Shown here one piece after another: positions 24,131 to 34,735 of a DNA stretch of 64,000 bases. The stretch covers positions 115,694,001 through 115,758,000 of the forward strand of contig NC_087436.1 in assembly GCF_036321535.1 (NCBI RefSeq), given 5' to 3'. A program made the position numbers and the translations under genes. Position 1 is the first letter of the stretch, and the number at the start of each line of letters is the position of its first letter. Below the pieces are notes generated by a model. That model was not told the DNA's origin and ran no database searches. It saw only the letters and a program-made list of their open reading frames with translations. The stretch is from Camelus dromedarius. Its lineage: Eukaryota.

Positions 24131-24499
24131 GTCATATCTGTGGCAAACAATTTCCGCCTTTTAATGTGTTTGACTTGATACGTTTTGGGGGGACATGTGG
24201 ACTATTTTATATTTTAATGCAGTTAACTTTAATGCAGCTTGATGGATTTGGTCCCTTATGATCAGAGAGATCTTCTCTCTTTTTCTGATGATTATTATTA
24301 TGTGTTATAGGTGACGGGAGCAGAATTGCTAACTATTAGGGAGCAGGCATGTTTTTATATAATCTTTTAAATGCTAAACATATACTGCAAGAAGAAGGCT
24401 CCTTTAGTTAAAGTTTCCAATTGGGAATTACAAAAGATTTTTGGCATAACCAAAGCTTTTAATAATTATTTTAACTTTAATTTAAAACAATATTTTGAA

Positions 24500-25285
24500 T
24501 AATTATTTTTTTTGCAGCTCTTTTGTTCCATTCTTTAATTTTTAAATATTTTATTCATTGGAGTATTTCTTTCATGTAAGAAATAAAGGAAGAATAAGAG
24601 ATATTAGGATTCTGGTATTTAGTTCAGTTTGGGGAATTAATTTTTAGCCATCTTTGTGGCTCCTCCTTACAAACCAGATAGCTTCAATGTTATTCATTCT
24701 TTTCTCCACTTCTCATGTTTATTTAGAAATGATTTAAAATGTGATATTCTGTCTTATGGTCTGTTTCTTTATGCCTGAAATATAAAATTCTTGTAATTAC
24801 TAGAGTTTATCACACATTTTGTTAATTAATGGATTTGTCTTCTTTCACCATTTTCCCCCTCCAAATTTTAAAATAATGTCACATATAGATTTTTCCATAT
24901 GAACTTTAGAAGCAAATCACCTAGTTTCAGAAAAGGAAAAATAATTATTTTTCTTCTTTATTGGATCACATTATGCTCACTGATTAGTTTGGAAAGAAAT
25001 ATCATTTTAACAATTCTAACTCTTCCCATCCAATAGCAAAATATGTCCTTCCATTCATCCTTGCCTCCTTTTTATGTGTCTCAATGGAGTCCTAAATTTT
25101 ATTCATGTGTTTTGTGAATCCCTAAATTTCCAGAGGTATTTAATTGCTGGTTTCTGTTGCTGCTATTGAAATGCAGTCTTTTTATTCTATCTTCTGTTTA
25201 TTGCTTATATAAAGGAACATCACTAAGTTAGTATATTCATTATTTGGCAACCACCTTGCCCAGTATATTTGTAAATGCTAATATT
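24500..25285 (-). mobile_element. Highly degenerate L1ME ORF2 fragments (also 23460-23750)
   Basis: ttccatatgaactttaga; aacaattctaactcttcccatcca; ttgctgctattgaaatg. Confidence 0.65.
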
Positions 25286-25367
25286 TTTCCTGGGGGCAAA
25301 GCAGGTGACTTGAAATAATTAAAACAACGTTCCAATTTCCTCTCATCATCATGATCTTGCTGCCTTC

Positions 25368-25580
25368 TGGCTCAGTGGTGAGCACTTGAACTCTGGATTA
25401 GATAGTCCTCTTTTTACAACTTGAGTTTCTTAACTTCTTTATGATTCAGTTTTCTTGCCTGTTCAAAAAGGGACTGACAATAGTACCTGCTTCATAGGGT
25501 TGCAAAAGGATTAAACAAGTTAATGCTCGAACTGTGTTTAGACCAATGCTGTGCATTTAATAGAGACTCAACTGGTGTCC
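25368..25580 (+). mobile_element. MIR SINE
   Basis: aatagtacctgcttcatagggttgcaaaaggattaaa. Confidence 0.85.
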
Positions 25581-26039
25581 TCTCTGTGTTGTCTCAGACA
25601 CTAAATCCGTAAATACCGCAGCAATAGCAGTGCATGCTCTGACTTGCTTTGAAGGGAAGTTTAAAGGCTATACGATGTGCTATAAACGTCAGTGCTTTGC
25701 CAATTTACACTATTATTGGAAAGCAAGAGATCTGTGAATAACCATGTCACAGACACATTTCTGCAATCAGCGACCATGTCCTGTGTCCTGGTAGAAGTGG
25801 AGAAGGTCTAGAACAGACATTTCAGGTTTAAGCTCAGCTGTCAAGAGAGTGTTTCTCGTTTTAGCGAAGGCTTTGTTAGTGTTAAGTCCAGAGGAGAGGA
25901 TGGGATTGCCGGCTGGGAATTCTTTCTCCACATACTGCCAGAGAACGCCGTGGAGGCGCTTCTCTGTGTGAACGCACCAGGCGGGCCCCTGCGTGCAGCC
26001 TGGTGTGTATGCAGAGCTGGGAGGAAGCTGGCGTTGCTG

Positions 26040-26260
26040 TCAGCAGCTGGAGAGACTGGATACTCACTACGTGCAGGCACCCTTCCAATCATTTTATCTA
26101 CACTAAGTGATCTGTTTTACGCACAGCTTAGCAAACAGGCAATAAGATTGTCTTTACAGATAAGGAAGTCACATCAGAGGTTTAAGTAAATTACCCAGAC
26201 TGTTATAGCTGGAGGGCAGGGACAAGGACCCCAGCCCTCTGAGCCCTGGGTCTGTCGTCT
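26040..26260 (-). mobile_element. MIR SINE
   Basis: tttacagataaggaag...cagaggtttaagtaaattaccca. Confidence 0.7.
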
Positions 26261-27139
26261 TATTAAGCAGCTCTCTAGACTGTGACAGGCCTGGGGATGG
26301 CCTTTCGGGAGCCGCTCCTCCTTTTCCCTTTAGGAACTTAGTTTGCACACTGTTCTGAATAGAAGTGTTTGGTCTCCAGGAGCAACCTGCCATTTATACC
26401 TAAGTGTCAACCTCAATCTGACAGCTTTTTCCAGGAGGAAAGGAAAAAGAAATCAGTGATCAATGATCCTACAGCCTCCATCTCATTGTCCCTTAGAACT
26501 ACGTTTTTTCAAGTTTGTTTTCTCATTACAAATGAAGAAACTGAGACTCATGGGTAATGTCACTTTTTCAACGTCAAAAGCTCTTGAGCTCTGTGACAAT
26601 GACTTAGATTTAAGTCACTGAGACCTAATTTTCTCTGGAATATTGAAGGTGATATTTCCTGTCAGAGAAACTCCAGCCACCAGTCTGTGCAGGCCGTGGG
26701 AAGGTATTTAGATGGTAGAGATTTCGCTTTTGCCTCCGATTGCACAATACAAGAAGCCATTTCGTATTAAAGGATCACTTCCACCTGGTTCCTAGAAGCC
26801 AGCACAAGCTGTTCCAGCTGCATTTTTCAATGTCCTGTCCTTCCCAACTCTGCAGTCAAGACGCATGTGCCCCATTAACTTTATATTTGTGGTAAAAAAG
26901 CAAAAGATGAGGAACGTATTGAACTGCAATTTGGGAAAAGTGCATTTGAGACAAAATCTATCCCAAATACCCCTATAATCTTGAGAAAGCAGCACCATTA
27001 TAGACACCTTGTGAGTATTTAAGGACACAGGGAAAAAAACTGAAGTTGGACACATTACAGTTTCGATTGCTGATGGGATCCCTCCTTATTAGGGTTGTCT
27101 GACTAAAACTGTATCAATTGTCGTAAGGAGGTGCCAGGC

Positions 27140-27370
27140 AGTAATGATGCTGCCAATACAGAGGGTTTACTTTATGCCAAGCTTGATTTTTAGAGCTTTA
27201 TATCTGTTAAATTGCACAGTATTCTCAGTGTCCTTATGAAGCAAACACTATTATTATTCTTCCTCATTTACAGGTAAAGAAACTAAAGTGCAGACAGGTT
27301 GGGTAACTGGTCACAAAGCCTGTGAGCTAGGATTTGTACTCAGTCTGCTTTCAGAGCTAACTACCATCTC
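27140..27370 (-). mobile_element. MIR SINE
   Basis: catttacaggtaaagaaactaaagtgcagacaggttgggtaact. Confidence 0.8.
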
Positions 27371-27521
27371 ATAAACCTTCTCTTTTGAAGTGGCTTTAGT
27401 CTACGGTCTTGTTATGATATTAGTGGTGATGATGTGGAATTGAAAATTAGAAAATTTTTTGTAAACTTTCCAGGGGTCCTTGAAAGTCAAATATTCAGCT
27501 TAGTTAGGTAGACATGAATCT

Positions 27522-28126
27522 CCTAGTCTTTCCCCAAAGGGACGTGCAACCATTAATTCAGGTAACTGCACAGCTGGGGGAAAGGGGAGTAGCAATGCAT
27601 TTCACAGACCATTAGAAACAGGGTTGGAGCTGAGGTCTGAGTTGTTATCAAAACCAGGAACCCTAAAGTGTCATCTTTTAGACCCTTGTGTTAGGCCTAA
27701 GGGAGGCAGGTCACAAGTGAAAGTCAGCGTTGAGTGGGTCACTGGGTCTATGACCCCACTCAGTGATCACTTCCCCAGTTCTTCAGTAGACAGCTGGGAT
27801 TGGCACGCTTGATAGCTGGTGGAACCCCCACATTGGTCCCTTGGTTGGTGGGGTAAGAGCTATGGTAGTGGAGAAGACCAAGTGAAACCTTCTCAAATTT
27901 TACCTTCCCCCTCCCAGCCAAGAGGGTGGATCCAAAACATCAGGTTCCTGGGTGAGAGGGCTGACATTAATGCCACCCTTAGGGACCTAAAGAATGCATA
28001 AGTGGTGGGCCCTGCCATATGCCCATCGCAATTTCTGTCTGTTTTTGTATTTTGTTGCAGAAAACTGCATCTATTTTTGTATTTTCTTGCAGAAAACTGA
28101 TGGATTCTAAAAGATGACAGTAGAAA
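27522..28126 (+). mobile_element. ERVL internal remnant: aspartic protease and start of RT
   Basis: Pieces translate to PQRDVQPLIQVT, LETG (27612-27623), WWNPHIGPL, VRAMVVEK, INATLRDLKNA and LQKTDGF*KMTVE, matching ERVL pro-pol; many stops and frameshifts. Confidence 0.88.
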
Positions 28127-28625
28127 CATCTGAATGTTACCTAACATGGCAAAAAAAAAGAGACTTTGCACACATGATTAGGTTATAATGCTCTTTTTAA
28201 ATTGATATATAGTTGAGGTACCATATTATGTTGTGTTACTAATGATCTTGAGATGGGAGGTCATCCTGGGTTACACAGGAAGCCGCAAATCTCATCCGAA
28301 GGATCCTTATAAGAGGAAAACAGAAGGAGTTTGAGAGAGTTTGGGAAGGAGATGGAGTGACAGAAACAGAGATTGAGGGGATGGATGACTTTGAAATTTG
28401 AAGAAAGGGACACAAGCCATGGAATGCAGGTGGTCACTAAAAGCCCAAAAAGACAGAAAAAACATTCTCCTCTAAGAGCCTCCAGAAGGAACCAGTCATA
28501 CCAACACTGACGTTAGCACAGTGAAACTGATTTCAGACTTTTAACTTCTAGAATTATTAAGAATAAATCTGTGCTGTTTTAAGCCTTTAATTTGTGGTAA
28601 TTTGTTGTAGTAGCCAAACTAATAC
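28127..28625 (+). mobile_element. MLT1C/D MaLR LTR (5'-truncated, with small antisense L1-end insert ~28190-28240)
   Basis: atggcaaaa...gactttgca; attctcctctaagagcctccagaaggaaccag; gaataaatctgtgctgttttaagcc. Confidence 0.9.
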
Positions 28626-28639
28626 GGCAAGATTTTTTT

Positions 28640-29998
28640 TTATGTTCATCATTTTAAAGATTCTGCACCATTATCTTCGAGACCCCATATGTTGAAAAGT
28701 TAGCCATCATTCATATCCTAATTCACTCTGTGGGGTGCATCTTTTTTGTATTTTCTCTAATTGCTTTTGATATTCTCTTTACTTTGCTTTTCAGTGATTT
28801 GACTATGAAATGCCTTGGCATATATTTTTCTCTGTATTGATCCTGTTTGGCATTCACTCATCTATGTGCTAGTGGTTTGAATGAAACTGAAAATACTTTA
28901 ACTACTATTTCTTGAAAGAGATTTTCTTGCCCTATGCTCACTCTTCTCTCCTTGCTGAACTCCAGTTCCACATGTGTGACTCTGTTAGCTACTACCTTAT
29001 AACTTGTCAAAGTTCTGCCCATTTTTCCAATTATTTCCCTACAATTTGAATGATTTTGATGATCTTGTCTTCCTATTCATAACCATTTCTTATGCATTGT
29101 CCAAAACTATTATAAATAACATCTTTTTTTTTAAGTTAATGCACATTTCAGTTCTAGGCGTTTCATTTGGTTGTTAAGAATCTCTGTATAACTGAATTCC
29201 CTCACTTTTTTCCTGAAAATTCTTGATCATTTTTTCTTGTAAATATTTTAAAATATCATAGTTATTTTACAGTCCTTGTCTTTTAATTTCAACATCTGAG
29301 ATATGCTTAGGTCTGTTTTTATTGACTAGTTTTATTATGATAATGGGTCAGATTTTCCTACTTTCTGCATGCCTGGCAGTATTTTGTTCTGTCAGTATTT
29401 TGATATTGTGAACTATACACTGAGAGAGTTGGAGGTTTTTTTTGTTTTGTTTTTCCCTTCATTTGTGAAGAGATTGATTTGGTTCTAACAGGCAGTGGAA
29501 TCACTGATGGGTCATCTTGGTCCCACGGCAACTTGGGTTTAGGCTTTTTGAGCACTATTTAAAATTTGCCTTAATCCTAGGTTTTAATGCTTACTTCTGT
29601 GATGCCCTTACTCTGAAGTCATGGCCCTTTGGGTTTTCAGTAGAAAGTTTGAAGGCTGTATCAACACCCTTCCCAAGCACTGGGCAACTGTGGCTAATTC
29701 TGCTCACCTCTTTAGTCATCTCGTTATTGCTTTTAGCTGGATACCTTGGATTCATTAGCTGCACACATGCGTTTCTGGAGTCCGATAAAAATTGAGATGA
29801 ATTTATATGTAGACTTTTGAAGATCCCCTTCTGAAGCACTTCCTTTTCTGGCATATCTTCCCTAAATTTCCAGCAGCTCCTGTAGTACCCCATATCCAGT
29901 CTCTTGCCCTTCATCCCAAAAAGGCTAATACTTTGCACTGGAGCTCCATTCTCCCTGAAATTTCTCAGCTTGGGCATACCCTCAGAGGGAAAGCCAGC
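28640..29998 (-). mobile_element. Old L1ME/L1M 5' region (ORF1 and 5' UTR)
   Basis: ttttcagtgattttgactatgaaatgccttgg; tttcagttctagg...catttgg; tcaacatctgagat. Confidence 0.75.
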
Positions 29999-31084
29999 TT
30001 AAGGTTAAACAAAAACAAACAAACAAACAAAAGCAGCCTTTATTAAACCTATTCACTCTGGCTTAGAACTATGTCCCAACTTTCACCATCACACAAGTGA
30101 ACACTGTGTTAGTTCTGTACTTGACAGTGTCATCCCGGAGCATATTCTGCAAGCAAACCCCACTGACTCTCTTTCCCATCACTCAGCATCAGGCTTCCTT
30201 TAGCACCACAGAGGGCAGTTATAAATACCCTTCAGTTGTTTTGAACACGCCCCAATAAAAGCAGCTCAAAACCTCATATCACCCTGTGTTCTACATATCA
30301 TAGTTATGATTATGTTCAAAAGGTATGACTCACAACGTGCATATGATCAAACCAAAATTTTCCTTCTACACAAAAATGTTACATTCTCATAAAACCAGAA
30401 CTTTACAAGAAACTCAGATCTGTGTGGGTAGTAGTGCAAAAACTTAGAAACTGGTGTTTAATTTGTTTTATTTTGTTTCTGCCTGATTTCAGCAGCCAGT
30501 TAGTAGAGATAATCTGTACTTTAATAGGCATAATAAATCATAGTAGTGGAAAGAAATTTATATAAATTAAAATAGATATATAGAGATATAAGGTACAAAC
30601 TTAGCTGTTAAATTTAAATGTAATAATAATAGTTGTAATAAGGATGGCTAGTGTTTCTTGGGTGTTTATGGTGTTCTGTGCACTCTATTGTTTAATCCTC
30701 TTAATAAATGTATGAGGTGGTAGAATTTATAAAAACATTAAAATATTATTCATTGCATGTCTTAAAATGCAAAACAACATCATGAAATATTAGTCGCACA
30801 CATTTTGTAGCCAATCTGTCTAATAAATATTTATTGAATATACTGATCGCTGTGTACACCAGACAAAATGAAACATTCCTGGTGGCCTTTAGAAAGAGAC
30901 TGATAAATAAACAAATACTTTACAGTAGAGCGCAATTTATACACATGTAAAAATCTTTAAACAAAACAACCCCCCCCAAAAAAAAAGTACAACTATTTTG
31001 ACTTTACTGAGAAGAAGAATTAGAATAGTCACTGAAGGCTTTCTGGAGTAGGAAAGTTTCATGATCAGATCATGCTTCTGAATA

Positions 31085-31855
31085 CATTCACTTTCTCCCC
31101 TCCCCCAACCTCCGTGTTGGATGGGATGTACTCCCTGGCCTCATGAATTTGGGTCTGACTTACCTTGATCTGTTTTGGCCAGTGGTTTTCTTTTTAGCAA
31201 AGGTGATCCAAAGAGAAATGAGAATGAGTGCCTGACTTTCATTATGAGAAGAACGTGTCTTTGCTAACAACTGATTTGAGGAGGACGAGAGACTTGTGGC
31301 ACAGAACCAAACCCAACCTGCAACGGGGAGGCAAGCCCAGTTAGCAGATCCTGAATCAACCAAATCCCAATGGGGTAGTGAACACACAAGAGACAAGTAA
31401 ATACAGTGTGTGCCGGATATGGACTGAAATGTCTGTGTTCCCTCAAAATCCACACAGTGAAGCCCTAATGTCCAATGTGATGGTATTTGGAAGTGGAGCA
31501 TTTGGGAGGTAATTAAGGTTGGTTAGTTCATGACAGCAGGGACTTCATGATAGGCTTAACACCTTTATTAAAAGGAGAAAGAAACACAAAATCTCCATCA
31601 TTGTGTATGCACCAAGGAAAAGCCATTTGAGGATGTAAGTTGATGGCCTTTTGCAAACAAAGAAGAGGGCCCCCACAAGACACCAGATCTGCCAGCATCT
31701 TTATCTTGGATTTCCCATCCTCCAAAAATCTGAGAAACACATACTTATTGGTTAAGCTACCCAGCATATGGCAATTTGTAGCAGCCCAAGCTGACCAAAG
31801 CAATGTGAACTGATAATTTGTGGCCATCTATTTCATACCAAAACCTGGTTGATAG
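31085..31855 (+). mobile_element. MLT1I/J-like LTR interrupted by an MLT1A LTR
   Basis: gttttggccagtgg; attatgagaagaacgtgtc; host resumes after 31807. Confidence 0.6.
31411..31802 (+). mobile_element. MLT1A-type MaLR solo LTR
   Basis: tatggactgaaatgtctgtgttccctcaaaat...ttgtagcagcccaagctgaccaaagca; near-TSD gtgtg/atgtg. Confidence 0.92.
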
Positions 31856-33180
31856 GGTTAACTGGTAGATAGATCCTCTTCTCCCAAAATATGTTTAATT
31901 TAGTACATCTATTGTCTTGTCAAGGTATCAGCTGGACCCATGTGATGTGTTTCATTCCACTCCCATTACTGCTCGTAGACTGAGATGATCCTTCCATTAT
32001 GTGAATAACATAACTCCTAGAATATGCAATGATTCCTTTCTTCCTTGTGTGAAGAGAGATTAAAAAAAAAAAAACACAAAAAACTTGCCCAGATGTAGGA
32101 TTGCAGGTGTTTCTATCTATAATAAGCTGGAGTAATAAAAATATAAAAAAAAATAAGGATATATAATCAACAAAATATCTCCTTTTGAGTTAAATTAACT
32201 TGTATAGAAAAGTTCAGCCCTGGCTCTTACAAGATCTGATCAATGTTTCTTTTCAAGCTATCACTTCTGCCTAATAAAGAAAATACTTGAGGAAAAGGGG
32301 AAAAAAATATAACATTTTGCTAATGCAACTTATGTTTTTAGGGTGAACACATGCTATTTTAAAATTCTTCATTCTGACAGAATTTTTATTTTTCAAAAGG
32401 CAACAGAAAGTGCCAAGGGAGATAATAAATGACTTTCCCTCCCTCCAACTCTCTTTTCCTGACCTTTATCAAAGTCCGCTTTATTCTCCTTTGGGGAAGA
32501 ACAAGTTATTCATATCTCAGCGATGAAAAAAATATGAAGAAAGAACAAATAAAAGAACCCTTCATCTGGTCATAAAACAATAATTAATTGCACTATTAAA
32601 TAACCTATACAAACCCGAGGCAAGTGGAGGGGGGAAAAAAAAAAGAAATGTCCTCGAGAAATATTCCCAAATGAGTGATGCTAATCAAAGCATGTGTGAT
32701 TCAGAGAAAGAAGAAAGCAAGGCCTGGGGAAAGGCAGCCCATAAGGAGGCCTCCAGTGTAGTTCTCCAAGGAGGTTGAAGGAAAACTCGTTTCAAGAATA
32801 GATTCTTTCATACAGTGCATTTAGTTAATCGGGTCACATGGATGCCTTGTAAATTAACATCAAAATAAAGTTGACTCTGAGTGATGCTTTATTTATTTAT
32901 TTTTGCTTGCATAAGAGATTTGCTTCGGAGAACAGAAGGAGCTCAGAAGGAAACGTGTGACTCAGTAGCTTGGAGAACATCACCCTTCTCCCTCATGGTG
33001 CACATTTTTAGGGAAGTTGTTCTGATTTCTGACCCAACATTTGAGTCATTTGACCGCATGAGCATCTCTTGGTTTGGCTTGGTTCTCAGATACATGCCAA
33101 GTGTTTGAACAGAGACTGGCACTTAAATACTTAGCATCATGTGGTTAATGAAGGGATTGCATAGTCACCATTAAAGCTGA

Positions 33181-33294
33181 TGTGCAAAAGCTTAAAACTT
33201 TAATTAGGTTCCATTTGTTTATTTTTGCTTTTATTTTAATTGCCTGGGTAGACTGCCCTAGGAGAACATTGCTAAGATTTATGTAAGATTTATG
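33181..33294 (-). mobile_element. Isolated internal L1 ORF2 fragment
   Basis: Open minus frame INLSNVLLGQSTQAIKIKAKINKWNLIKVLSFCT matches the L1 ORF2 KAKIDKWDLIKLKSFCT region. Confidence 0.88.
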
Positions 33295-33859
33295 TGAAAG
33301 TTGAGTTCTTGCACAGGCTGTGATTAGGGGAATGGGGAATAATTAAAGAAAGAGAAATAGAGAGATACAAAAGAAATGCCTCTCATACTTCATGATTTCG
33401 CTAGGTTCTGCCCGACTTAACGTCCACCATGTACATTTGTGAGGTTTCACTAAGTGATTCCACTGTCCAAAGGGAAACGACATAATTTATTTCTTCTGAG
33501 TATGTCTTCCCTGAACTGTTTCATGGAAATGGGTTAGAATTTTTTTTAAAAGCTGGATTAGGGATTAAGAAAAAAAAAAACTGTTTTGACTCCTGCATGA
33601 CTTTGAAAATTTACTTCATCTGCTTAATATTAGGCTTGATGAGTAAATATTAATAAAGAGACCAGAAAATGGTCCCAGTGTGTTCATCTTGCTGGTCTCC
33701 TGCAGAGTGTGCAGTTCTTTTGACTAGTGCCCAGTGGTCGTCAGAGCAGAGCTTTCCTGTAGAAAGCTTCCCCCTGCTCCTGAGGGAAAATACACAACAA
33801 ATCTCATTTGTATGACATCTCAGTAAACTCGTAAGCGATGCATGCGTCACCTTCAAGGC

Positions 33860-34333
33860 AGCCTAATAGCCTACTAGACTGTTTCTTGATCTAAAAATGA
33901 GAAAAAAACTCTAGATCTAGTAGCCCAGCATGACTGAACTTCCATAGCAGAAAGTCACAAAATCTGACCTAGTTGCACAGAAGTCAATTCACAGTCAAAC
34001 GAACAACAACAAACGGCGAACACCACCACCCTTGAGTTAAGGAGAGGATAACTCAGCTTAAGGAAGAATTCTGCACCATTGCCACTATTAAACAACTTAA
34101 AGCATCCTCTGAACTTTCCCCTAAGGGATCTGTGGCCATTAACTGGAATGACCGTGCATTTAAAACAAAGTATAAAAAAAATTTCTGGACTTAGGGAGAC
34201 GTATATTAGACACTGGCTCTGCAATCATGTTACTGCCTGTGGGCCCAAGACAGCTCTGTGTCCTGCCAGTCAAGGTGGGGCTCCCGTCAGTCAGGTGGCT
34301 GGTCAGGTCTTACTCACAGTGGGCCCATCTGGT
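33860..34333 (+). mobile_element. ERVL internal remnant: gag C-terminus and protease
   Basis: FPLRDLWPLTGMTVH, LDTGSAIMLLP (LDTGS at 34206-34220), GQVLLTVGPSG across frameshifts. Confidence 0.88.
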
Positions 34334-34528
34334 GTTTCTGAGAGCATGGTCCTCATTTTCACCTGGTACTCATCAGAATGTCCATATTTCTATCAACAAC
34401 CTCTTTAAGACAACCTAGGCTTTTTCTAATGTGTATTTCAAAACGTTTTCAGCCATTGCCCTGTTCCAGAGTCATTTCCATATATGTAGATAGTTGTTAC
34501 AGCAGCAAACCACTTCTCAGTACCAAAC
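34334..34528 (-). mobile_element. MaLR (MLT1)-type internal 5' end with tRNA-Leu-like PBS remnant
   Basis: Minus strand tttggtactgagaagtggtttgctgctgtaacaa...agaaaaagcctag...tagaaatatggacatt. Confidence 0.8.
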
Positions 34529-34735
34529 CTTCATTAGTCAGAGTTCCCCAGAGAAAAAGAACCAATAGCATATTGTGTGTGCATACACTTATATATAGGT
34601 GTGTGTGTGTGTATAGGGGTGTGTGTGTGTAAAGAGAAAAAGAGAAAGGGAGAGAGACAGAGAGAGAGAGAGAAAGATTTTAAGGAATTGGCTCACAAGA
34701 TTGTGAAGTCTTGATGAATCCAAAATCTGATGAGG
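34529..34735 (-). mobile_element. MLT2 LTR 3' portion with TG/GA repeats
   Basis: attagtcagagttccccagagaaaaagaaccaatag...ttttaaggaattggctcacaagattgtg...tccaaaatctg. Confidence 0.85.

Noticed and set aside
25929..26020. H/ACA snoRNA
   Set aside because: Hairpins too short; no ANANNA hinge or correctly placed ACA on either strand
34079..34418. Domesticated retroviral protease gene
   Set aside because: Motifs are spread over different frames; no continuous ORF
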